Virus record (IMG/VR): IMGVR_UViG_3300021406_000012
Span: 1-64,000 of that record
Direction: 5' to 3' (one strand)
DNA length: 64,000 nt
Origin: a virus
In this document: in pieces, positions 9,141 through 16,891 of the stretch
How the letters are laid out: every line of letters begins with the position of its first letter
Numbering within the stretch: position 1 is the stretch's first letter
The notes under the pieces: model-generated
Told to the model about the DNA's origin: nothing
Seen by the model: only the letters and a program-made list of their open reading frames with translations
The model's database searches: none
Translations under genes and position numbers: made by a program

Positions 9141-9725
9141 ATGGCAGGGGACACGGGGAAGGGACCGAGGGCGCGCTCGAAGAAGGATCGGAGCGCGGAC
9201 GAGATTGCGGAGGCTGCGAAGGGGGCACGGGAGCTTGAGGAAGCGATTGAGCGGATGTCGGCGAATGGACTGACGCCGCAGGAGATCAGTTTGCTGACTG
9301 GGTTGCGACCGGACCGGCTTTATCGGCGTTACAAGGATTGTATGCTCAAGGGGGGTGCGCGGCGGACCAACGAGGTTGCGGAGGCGGCGTTCAACATGGC
9401 GGTAGGGGGGCCTGACCGGAACTGGCGTCAGGCTGATGCGTCGATGAACAAATTTTGGCTTGAGCGGCGGGGTGGGCCGATTTGGGCGCCACCGAAGCCG
9501 GACGATGAGCGCGGTCCGGACTTGTCACGGCTGAGTGTTCCGCAGCTAATTGAACTTGAGAGGGCGTTGCGGCCCTTGGCCAGGAACCCGGTTTTGATTG
9601 ATGCCGAGGTCGAACCTACCGAGCCACGAGGCGATCGTGGCCGAGTTGATGAGACGGGAACTGGGGATCAGCTCGATGGAGGCGTCGGCGAGCGTGTCGA
9701 CGGTTCGGGAGCGGTGCCGGAATAG
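9141..9725 (+). CDS. terS: Terminase small subunit
   Basis: HTH-like GLTPQEISLLTGL, A.FNMAV, KFWLERRGG; directly precedes terL. Confidence 0.75.
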   Translation: MAGDTGKGPRARSKKDRSADEIAEAAKGARELEEAIERMSANGLTPQEISLLTGLRPDRLYRRYKDCMLKGGARRTNEVAEAAFNMAVGGPDRNWRQADASMNKFWLERRGGPIWAPPKPDDERGPDLSRLSVPQLIELERALRPLARNPVLIDAEVEPTEPRGDRGRVDETGTGDQLDGGVGERVDGSGAVPE

Positions 9726-11259
9726 TTTGGTGAATTTCGTGGAGGAGGCGTGGCCGATCTTGGAGCCGCGCATGCCGTTTGTGAAGGGACCGCTGGTCGA
9801 GGCGATTTGCGAGCACCTCGAAGCGGTGACGGCGGGGATGATCACGCGGTTGCTGATCAATGTTCCGCCTGGGAGCGCGAAGAGCCTGCTTGTGTCGGTG
9901 CTGTGGCCGGCGTGGGAGTGGGGGCCCCGGGGTCTGACCAGCTATCGGTACATCAGTTCGAGCTTTGCGGAGAGCGCGTGCGTTCGCGATGTGCGGAAGA
10001 TGCGGCTCCTCGTCACCAGCGATTGGTATGTTCGGCATTGGCCGCACGTTGAGCTGACCCGGGGCGGCGAATTAAGTTTTGAGAACACATTGACCGGGAC
10101 GCGGGACGGGGTTGCGTTCAGCTCGCTGACCTCGCGGCGCGGCGATCGGCTGATCCTCGACGACCCGCACAGTGTTGAGAAGGCGGAAAGCCCGAACGAC
10201 CGGGAGAAGGCGACGCGGCGGTTTCGGGAGAGCGCGGTGAATCGTCTGAACGATCAGGCGAAGAGCGCGATCGTTGTGGTGATGCAACGGCTGCACGAGG
10301 CGGACATCAGCGGGGTCATCCAGGAGTTTATGCCCGACTACGTCCAGCTGGTGCTGCCGATGGAGTACGAGAGCGGGCGCCATTGCGAGACGGAGATCGG
10401 TTTTTCGGATTGGCGGCGGAGCGAGGGCGAGCTGCTCTTTCCGCAGCGCTGGGGGCGCCAGGAGGTTGAGAACCTCAAACGCGACATGGACAAATGGGCT
10501 TACGCCGGCCAGTACCAGCAAAGGCCCGCGCCGCGAGGGGGCGGGCTGTTCCCCTACACCGGCTGGGAGCTTTGGCATCGCGGGGTTGCGCTGACCTATG
10601 GGCGCAACGAGTCGCAATATCCGGACTTCGACATGATCGTGGGCTCGCTGGATTCGGCCTACGGGACGAAGCAGGAGAACGACTATTCGGCGTTCATCGT
10701 TTTAGGGATTTGGACCAACCATTTCGGGGTTCAACAGGCCATGCTGATGGCTTGCTGGCAAAAGCGGCTGGCGTTGAACGAGCTGGTCGAGGAAGTGATC
10801 AAGAAGTGCCGCACATTGAAGGTCGATCGGCTGCTGATCGAGCTGAAGGCGAGCGGGATCTCGGTGGCGCAGGAAATTCAGCGGCTGACGCGGGACGAGG
10901 AGTTCGCGATCCAGCGGATCGATCCGGGCAACATGGACAAGGTGAGTCGGGGGCACGCGCTGTCGCATCTGTGGGGCGAGGAGCAGGCCGACGGCTCGTT
11001 TCGCAAGGGGGTGGTTTGGGCGCCTGGGCAGACCCAGCCGAACGGGGCGGTTTGGCCTCGCGACTGGGCTGAGCTGTGCATGTCGCAGTGCGCGTCGTTT
11101 CCGAAGGGGAAGCACGACGACATCGTGGATGCGCTGTGTCAGGCGCTGAAGTTTTGCCGGGAGCGCGGGTTGCTGAAGAAGTCGGCCGAGGTCCAGGCCG
11201 AGGAGTACGCGGAGCTGCTACAGTCGCCTTTGCCGCCTATGCCGTTGTACCCGGTCTGA
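9598..11259 (+). CDS. terL: Terminase large subunit
   Basis: LLINVPPGSAKS (Walker A), LILDDPH (Walker B), VMQRLH, YQQRP, DSAY, FPKGKHDDIVDA. Confidence 0.95.
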   Translation: MMPRSNLPSHEAIVAELMRRELGISSMEASASVSTVRERCRNSLVNFVEEAWPILEPRMPFVKGPLVEAICEHLEAVTAGMITRLLINVPPGSAKSLLVSVLWPAWEWGPRGLTSYRYISSSFAESACVRDVRKMRLLVTSDWYVRHWPHVELTRGGELSFENTLTGTRDGVAFSSLTSRRGDRLILDDPHSVEKAESPNDREKATRRFRESAVNRLNDQAKSAIVVVMQRLHEADISGVIQEFMPDYVQLVLPMEYESGRHCETEIGFSDWRRSEGELLFPQRWGRQEVENLKRDMDKWAYAGQYQQRPAPRGGGLFPYTGWELWHRGVALTYGRNESQYPDFDMIVGSLDSAYGTKQENDYSAFIVLGIWTNHFGVQQAMLMACWQKRLALNELVEEVIKKCRTLKVDRLLIELKASGISVAQEIQRLTRDEEFAIQRIDPGNMDKVSRGHALSHLWGEEQADGSFRKGVVWAPGQTQPNGAVWPRDWAELCMSQCASFPKGKHDDIVDALCQALKFCRERGLLKKSAEVQAEEYAELLQSPLPPMPLYPV

Positions 11260-11260
11260 A

Positions 11261-11322
11261 GGTCCGCCGCCCCAGCACTGAATCACTGGGCATCAAGAGT
11301 TCATTGGCCGAGACGGCGGACC
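11261..11322 (-). ncRNA. TIGR-like stem-loop guide RNA unit 1
   Basis: 16-bp stem enclosing CCA-ATGAACTCT-TGATGCCCA-GTGATTCAG-TG; promoter TTGACT-17-CAAATT at 11326-11354. Confidence 0.75.
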
Positions 11323-11357
11323 GACAATTTGCACCAACTGCAAGACGGAGTCAAGAG

Positions 11358-11627
11358 ATGGGTAAAGGCTGGCGCGTCCTCTCCGATCCGCGCGAGGTCG
11401 TCCCCGTTGATGATCTGATGACGCACGGGGGCGGCCTCGATTGCCTCTGCAAGCCGCGCCTGGACGGCGCCGTGATCGTCCACCATGCTTTCGATCAGCG
11501 GGAGGACAATGAACGTGGGGCTCTGGGCGCTGATCCGGATGGGGTGGCAGAGGCGCCAGCGGCGGCTCGACATGGAGGTGCTTTGGCCGGCCTGCCTGGA
11601 GGTGTCGCCGGATCTCGATCGCGCTAA
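11358..11627 (+). CDS. Small His/Cys phage protein
   Basis: VVPVDDL..H...CLCKP...IVHHAFDQRE. Confidence 0.5.
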   Translation: MGKGWRVLSDPREVVPVDDLMTHGGGLDCLCKPRLDGAVIVHHAFDQREDNERGALGADPDGVAEAPAAARHGGALAGLPGGVAGSRSR

Positions 11628-11727
11628 GGCGGTGTTTGCGGCGCACTGTCTCCACGACCCGGCCTGGACGTCGTTGGGCGAGGACGCGCTGTTCGCGTTC
11701 ATTGATCAGCTGGAGGCGTATGACTAG
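11509..11727 (+). CDS. Hypothetical protein
   Basis: GGAGG SD; DMEVLWPAC...AFAAHC..DPAW. Confidence 0.6.
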   Translation: MNVGLWALIRMGWQRRQRRLDMEVLWPACLEVSPDLDRAKAVFAAHCLHDPAWTSLGEDALFAFIDQLEAYD

Positions 11728-11993
11728 AGCGGATCGATATCGATGCTGTTCGCCTGCATGAGCCAGATGTCGATCTTCTGGCGGTCGTCCAGCTCGTCGA
11801 CCATGCGGCGCAGTCGTTCGAGCACGCGCGCCTCGGCGCCTGGAGCGGCCTGCCAGGGTCCGTCGATCCACTGGCGAAGGTAGGCCCTGATCGCGGCGAT
11901 CTCGGCCGGCGTCAGTTCGTCCCGCTGGAGGTAGGCCTCGATTGCGGGCTTGAGGACGCCGCTCGTCTCGAACATCCAGTAACCCGGCATCAC
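11724..11993 (-). CDS. Hypothetical protein
   Basis: PGYWMFETSGVL..A..AYL...RAYLRQWI...IDPL. Confidence 0.7.
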   Translation of the reverse strand: MMPGYWMFETSGVLKPAIEAYLQRDELTPAEIAAIRAYLRQWIDGPWQAAPGAEARVLERLRRMVDELDDRQKIDIWLMQANSIDIDPL

Positions 11994-12844
11994 GGGTGCC
12001 GCTTTGGCTTTGGTCGGAGATCCATTTCGCTGAGCGGGACGTCATAGCCGTGGGCGATGAACCACATCGCCAGACCCGACCGGAGGACCGCCTGCATCGT
12101 CATGCGCTGGTCGAAGGCAGCCTGCCGCAAGGCCTCGTGGATCTGATCCTTGATGAGGAAAACGATCTCACGCATGCGCTCGCGGTCGCGCCGGTCGAGT
12201 GTGACGCCGACCTCGCTGACCGCTTCCTCGTGCGCTGCCATAAGCGCCACGATGGTTTTGTGTTCTCTCTCCGCCGCTGCGGCTTCCGCTGCGGCTTTGG
12301 CTTTTTGTTCCGCAGTCCGCTGGGCGTCTTCCTCTCGCCAACGCTTGTTGCGTTGCTCCTGCTGCTTCAGTTCCTCTTGTCCCTCCGGGGACGCCGCCCA
12401 TCGCTCCCGCTGCAAGCGCTCGTAGGCGAACATGATGGAGTAGATCGACCCATGGTCTTCCACATTGCGCTCGAAGAAATCGGCAGGAAGAGAGGCGACG
12501 CGGAGCGCTTCGCGCATGGCGCTGTCTGACATTTCATCTACGGCGGCGACGCCTTGGAATACTGACCTGATCTTGCGGTAGCGCGCGGTGAGGGTCTCGC
12601 AGTCGGAACAGTCGATTTCGTTCAGCAGCTCGCCGATTCGTCGCCATGCGCGAAGCTTGATCTGGAGGAATTTCCTGACGCTTTCGTCGTCTTTGATCTG
12701 CTTGTGGTAGGCGGCGATTGCGGCGGCTTGCTCGGCGATCGCCTTGCAGTCATCGAGTGAGTGGCAGGCTGCGATCGCCGTCTGCATCCTCTCGTAGAGC
12801 CGAGCTGCTTTGGGGCTTTCGTCGATAAGGGCGAGTTCGTTCAT
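11990..12844 (-). CDS. Helical phage protein with possible C-terminal RHH-like DNA-binding segment
   Basis: AAAIAAY.KQ.KD...IKLRAWRRIGELL; C-terminal HEALRQAAFDQRMTMQAVLRSGLAMWF. Confidence 0.65.
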   Translation of the reverse strand: MNELALIDESPKAARLYERMQTAIAACHSLDDCKAIAEQAAAIAAYHKQIKDDESVRKFLQIKLRAWRRIGELLNEIDCSDCETLTARYRKIRSVFQGVAAVDEMSDSAMREALRVASLPADFFERNVEDHGSIYSIMFAYERLQRERWAASPEGQEELKQQEQRNKRWREEDAQRTAEQKAKAAAEAAAAEREHKTIVALMAAHEEAVSEVGVTLDRRDRERMREIVFLIKDQIHEALRQAAFDQRMTMQAVLRSGLAMWFIAHGYDVPLSEMDLRPKPKRHP

Positions 12845-12946
12845 GCCTTTCTCCCGGTCTTAAAGCCGCCAGCTTGACCCAATCTTGCAGTTCGTGCAAA
12901 TTGTCGCGTTGGCGACTGTTTTGCTGGTCGCCGAAGAGTCGAACTC

Positions 12947-13666
12947 ATGTCGGCCCGGGCAAGCAATGGCGGTTCGCACACCGACGCGGAATGGCGCGCG
13001 CAGCTGCGGCGCCAGTTCCATCGCTGCAACAACCCTTACTGCATGTGCGATCTGCGGGCCGACGGCATCGTCGTCCACCGCGATCACTTCGTCCCGGTGA
13101 CCAGCGGCGGCAAAGACGACATCGCGAACATAAGGGCGATGTGTGCGCCCTGTAATTTGCGCAAAGGCGCGAAGGCGTGGCGCGTGTTCCTGGCCGAGGA
13201 GCGCGCCCGTCAAGATGGCCATTTCAAAGTTTGGTCTGCCCACCCCGTCTGGCCGATCGGCTCCGTCGTGCTGTTCACCGTTGGCCTGATCAAAGGCCTC
13301 GCATTCGGTCCGCTGGCGATTGTGTTCCTCGGCTTCGCCTGCTTGGCCTTATTCGGCCTTGGTTGGGTCTCCAGGCTGCTCAATGGTCTCTTAAGCCTCT
13401 GCCTCGTGCCGCTGATCAGGTGGGCGTTGCGCGGCCCCCACATCCAGCGCGTCGGCGTCGCGCTCGGCGCTTTGGTTATGGTGGTGCTGATGACCGGGGG
13501 AGACGCGCGGGTGAACGACACTGGCCATGGCATGCGCCCCAAGCCGAGGCTTGAGGCGGGGCCGATCGCGATTTGGCGCGCGCCCGCGCTGCCGGCGAAA
13601 ATACCGTGGCCGCCTAAGCGACCGTGGTATCTCGATCGACCATTCGGGACACGACCGACCGGGTGA
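12947..13666 (+). CDS. HNH nuclease domain fused to transmembrane helices
   Basis: CNNPYC...DHFVPVTSGG.DDIANIRAMCAPCNLRKG then 3-4 hydrophobic segments; promoter TTGACC-17-CAAATT and GAGTCGAA SD. Confidence 0.75.
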   Translation: MSARASNGGSHTDAEWRAQLRRQFHRCNNPYCMCDLRADGIVVHRDHFVPVTSGGKDDIANIRAMCAPCNLRKGAKAWRVFLAEERARQDGHFKVWSAHPVWPIGSVVLFTVGLIKGLAFGPLAIVFLGFACLALFGLGWVSRLLNGLLSLCLVPLIRWALRGPHIQRVGVALGALVMVVLMTGGDARVNDTGHGMRPKPRLEAGPIAIWRAPALPAKIPWPPKRPWYLDRPFGTRPTG

Positions 13667-14279
13667 ACGGCGTGCCGGTCGAGCTGACATAGCCCAGGTT
13701 CGCCAGCGCCACCCGCACCCCGTTCAGCGACTTGCCAGACTGGCGCAGTTCGCGCGCCATCGCGACCATCGCCGGGTCCATTTCGGTCCAGCTCTTGCGC
13801 CCCTCGCATTTGCCGGTCGAGGCCTTCTTGCGCGCCCGCGCCGCCTTGAGCTTGGCGACGATCATCGCCTTGTCGAACTGACTAACGGCGCCCAGGATCT
13901 GCCGGATCAGGACCGCCGTCGGCGTGTCTTCGATGAAGCTCGACGGCGAATCGACGGCGATCAGCTCGACGCCCAAATCTTGGAGCCGCCGAAACCCGAT
14001 TTCTTGCACCATCAGATCGCGGGCGAACCGGCTGGCGTTCTCGACTAAGATCGTGCGAACGCCGTTGCTGGCGATGCGCTGGAGGAGGAGCCCGAAGCCC
14101 TCGCGCTCGTCCAGGGCGTCGGCGCCGCTCACCGCCGCGTCGTAATATTCGCCGACGATGTCGATGTCGTTGCGCGCCGCGAAGGCGCGGACGGCGCTCT
14201 CCTGGCGAGCGAGTGAGTCCTTGTCCTGGCCGACGTTGGTGGCGCTGGATGTACGGAAGTAGGCGACGGCGTGTTTCAT
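13614..14279 (-). CDS. Serine recombinase (resolvase/invertase family)
   Basis: AYFRTSS, SLARQ, DAAVSG, R.GF, SRFARD, GKCEGRK. Confidence 0.9.
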   Translation of the reverse strand: MKHAVAYFRTSSATNVGQDKDSLARQESAVRAFAARNDIDIVGEYYDAAVSGADALDEREGFGLLLQRIASNGVRTILVENASRFARDLMVQEIGFRRLQDLGVELIAVDSPSSFIEDTPTAVLIRQILGAVSQFDKAMIVAKLKAARARKKASTGKCEGRKSWTEMDPAMVAMARELRQSGKSLNGVRVALANLGYVSSTGTPFTRSVVSRMVDRDTTVA

Positions 14280-14363
14280 GGTAGACTCCTGTTGGGACCT
14301 CACGGTCCCTTCCTGTTGGCGATAGGTGGGCCGCCGCGCCTCCGCAGCGCGGCGGCCTTTTCG

Positions 14364-14552
14364 TTAGGTCGTCCTGCGCACGCTGACGCGGATTTTGCCG
14401 TCGGCGAACCTCGACTTGCCGGACTTGTTGAGGAAGGCCTTGCGGCCGAGGATCTCGGCGAGGCTGCGAACGTCGATCTCGACATCGACGTCGAACTCGA
14501 CCAGCTCACCCTTGCGGGTGCGCCCTCGGATACCCTTTACAATCGTGTTCAT
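14364..14552 (-). CDS. Small hypothetical protein
   Basis: Own promoter TTGCAA-17-TATATG, CCTA-loop hairpin, GGAGTCGAA SD. Confidence 0.7.
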   Translation of the reverse strand: MNTIVKGIRGRTRKGELVEFDVDVEIDVRSLAEILGRKAFLNKSGKSRFADGKIRVSVRRTT

Positions 14553-14752
14553 GTTCGACTCCTTGATTCGGGCGGTAGGTCGCCCGTCCTTCATATAGCA
14601 CATACCGAGACAGGTTGCAAGATCTGCAAATCGCGGTATCGTGCAATCGGCTGGCCGTTTCGACCAAATCCGGACCAGCCCGGGCGGCTCTCTAAGCGGC
14701 TTCGCCCCCCGACGCATCGCGGATGGGGGCCGCCCGCTTTTTTGGAGGAAAC

Positions 14753-15028
14753 ATGGCTGAACTTGACGAAGTTGCAGAACGGCTCACCCGCATGGCGCGG
14801 ACGATCGGCCGGGTTGTGGGGATCGATGTCGAGGTGGTGAAAAACGGCAATCGGCTGATCTTCGTCGACGTCAACGGCGAGCCGGTCTCGAATGACGGGG
14901 ACGAAGTTATCGCGACGACCTTGGAGGAGATCACGGCGGGCAAATTTCTTGATGACTTTGCCGCCCGGGCGTTCCGGGCGGGTATGGTCCTCCGGTATCA
15001 GCAGATCGAGCGAGACAGGACTCCATGA
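14753..15028 (+). CDS. Hypothetical protein
   Basis: GGAGG SD; I.ATTLEEITAGKFLD.F resembles next gene. Confidence 0.65.
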   Translation: MAELDEVAERLTRMARTIGRVVGIDVEVVKNGNRLIFVDVNGEPVSNDGDEVIATTLEEITAGKFLDDFAARAFRAGMVLRYQQIERDRTP

Positions 15029-15345
15029 GCGAGCACCAGCTCCGTCAGCAAAGCAAGGTCCGCAGCTCGTTCGAGGTGCGGCCGATCCTCGACGCGGTCG
15101 CCGCTGAGATCGGCAAGCTGCACGGCGTTGTGCTCGGCGTCTCGCACACGGCTGAGGGATTGTTTTTCATCAACGGCATTGGCGCGATCGTGCAGGACGG
15201 CCCGGTCCACATTCTCGCTTGCAGCGACGAGGAGATCGCGACCGGCGAGTTCTTGAAGTACTTCACGCCGAGATGCTTCTTCGCCGCGCTGTGCGAGCGG
15301 TTCGCGCAAGAGTACGTCCGTCAGAGGATGGGCGGCGTCAATTGA
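15025..15345 (+). CDS. Hypothetical protein, probable paralog of upstream gene
   Basis: ILACSDEEIATGEFLKYF; ATGA overlap. Confidence 0.65.
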   Translation: MSEHQLRQQSKVRSSFEVRPILDAVAAEIGKLHGVVLGVSHTAEGLFFINGIGAIVQDGPVHILACSDEEIATGEFLKYFTPRCFFAALCERFAQEYVRQRMGGVN

Positions 15346-15623
15346 GCGACGATTCCAGGGATCAAGCGCTTGAGGCGCAACGCCTCGTCGAATCGATCCG
15401 GCCGCTTCTCGCCGGGAAAGGTCAGGCCGTGCAAAGCGCGGCGCTCGTGGATTTGGTCAGCATGTGGCTGGCCGGAATGTTTGTCGTTGGCAATGCCGAG
15501 GCGACCGACGCGATGCGCGAGGAGCATTTGTACCTGTTCATGAGGACGGTGGTGGACCTGATTCCGCTCAACGAGGAAATGATCACCAAGCCGATGCTCG
15601 AACGGAAGCTGAAGCGGCAATGA
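15342..15623 (+). CDS. Hypothetical protein
   Basis: IRPLLAGK...VQSAALVDLVSMWLAG; coupled starts/stops. Confidence 0.6.
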   Translation: MSDDSRDQALEAQRLVESIRPLLAGKGQAVQSAALVDLVSMWLAGMFVVGNAEATDAMREEHLYLFMRTVVDLIPLNEEMITKPMLERKLKRQ

Positions 15624-15883
15624 CCGGCAATTGGCAGAAGCTGGCGCAGACCAAGGTCGCCGATCTGCCCCGGCTATGTTGGAGCTGTGAGTTTTGGCTT
15701 CCTGAAATTAATTGGGACGTTGACCCTCCGGAAGAAAAGCAGACTGGAAGGTGTCACAGGTTTCCGCCGACGAGGGCAACGCTATTGGCTGGCGGCGAAT
15801 CAGCGTTCCCGCGCACTTGGGAAGGGGACGGTTGCGGCGAATGGCGCGTTGGGCTGCCCCAGGCGCGGGCGGCGCAGAAGTGA
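15620..15883 (+). CDS. Small Cys protein
   Basis: CWSCEFW...GRCHRFPP...FP.T...D.CGEW. Confidence 0.65.
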   Translation: MTGNWQKLAQTKVADLPRLCWSCEFWLPEINWDVDPPEEKQTGRCHRFPPTRATLLAGGESAFPRTWEGDGCGEWRVGLPQARAAQK

Positions 15884-16155
15884 AGCTGCCCAAGCTCGGC
15901 CCGACCGGCGACTTCCCGCACGGCAAGCCCAGCCCGGACGACGAGGGCGGCCTGCTCCTCGCCGTCGGCGCCGACGAGCATGGGAATGTGAAGATCAAGT
16001 TCGGCAAAAAGATCGCCTGGATCGGATTGAACAGCGAGCAAGCGATTCAGTTCGCGATGATGATCTTGAAGAAGGCTGGATTTACGGGTTCTGTCATCAT
16101 CGGCCCTGGAGGGAACGATGCCGGCCATCCTAGAGAAGGCGGTCAAAGCAATTAA
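15880..16155 (+). CDS. Hypothetical protein
   Basis: LGPTGDFPHGK..PDDEGGL..AV...V.I.FGK.IAWIGL. Confidence 0.65.
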   Translation: MKLPKLGPTGDFPHGKPSPDDEGGLLLAVGADEHGNVKIKFGKKIAWIGLNSEQAIQFAMMILKKAGFTGSVIIGPGGNDAGHPREGGQSN

Positions 16156-16360
16156 GAAATCGAGCCCCGGCGTGAACCCGTGGGCCGTGGCGACGAGCAC
16201 ACTCCAAAAGGCGGGTGAGCTGAAGAAGGGCACGAATCAGCCGACCAAGCTCGGGGTGAAGCGCGGCAAAATGTCGCGCAAGGAGAGACACGCGAAGCCG
16301 CTGGCGATCGGCGGCGCGGCGAAAGGGCCGTCACTCGGGAGAGCTGCGCGCCCCTCTTGA
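16118..16360 (+). CDS. Small basic protein
   Basis: MPAILEKAVK...NPWAVATSTLQKAG.LK.GT. Confidence 0.65.
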   Translation: MPAILEKAVKAIKKSSPGVNPWAVATSTLQKAGELKKGTNQPTKLGVKRGKMSRKERHAKPLAIGGAAKGPSLGRAARPS

Positions 16361-16499
16361 CGTCAACTGCCATCCCTGCGCGAACTCCGCCACCGAGATG
16401 GCGGACTTCTGACGGCGGACCGGCAGCAAGCGAGCCATGGGAGGGGCACCGCCCGGTCCGTCTCTTGGCGTCCCCTCCCGCCCAACCGGGAGAAAGCCC

Positions 16500-16874
16500 A
16501 TGGCCCAAGCCCCCCACCGCCCAGCATCCTCACAGTCGCAGAGTCAGCAACGCTCCCACCCCGCCGCAGCGCCGCCCCCGCGCCACCCGGCGCAGCCGCC
16601 GGCCGCCCGTCCTGGCGTTCCCCAGCGCGATCAGCAGCCGCGCCCGGAAGCCGAGGACGAAGCGCCCCCCGAGAAGATTCTCGAAAAGAGCGACGCCCTG
16701 GCGCTCTTCCGCGCCGGCCACCGGCTGAAGAAAGCGGGCGACCCGCCGGAGAAATGGATCGCGGCGTCGCGGATACACGGCGTGATGGTCTTGTGCTACC
16801 CAATGGACGAAGAGATCGAGAAGGGCATCATGGACCAAGAGTTGGTCCTCGCGGATGATCTTCCACAATCTTGA
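16500..16874 (+). CDS. Hypothetical protein, Pro-rich N-terminus
   Basis: GGGAG SD, ends just before portal. Confidence 0.5.
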   Translation: MAQAPHRPASSQSQSQQRSHPAAAPPPRHPAQPPAARPGVPQRDQQPRPEAEDEAPPEKILEKSDALALFRAGHRLKKAGDPPEKWIAASRIHGVMVLCYPMDEEIEKGIMDQELVLADDLPQS

Positions 16875-16891
16875 TCTGAACGGGGTCGGCG

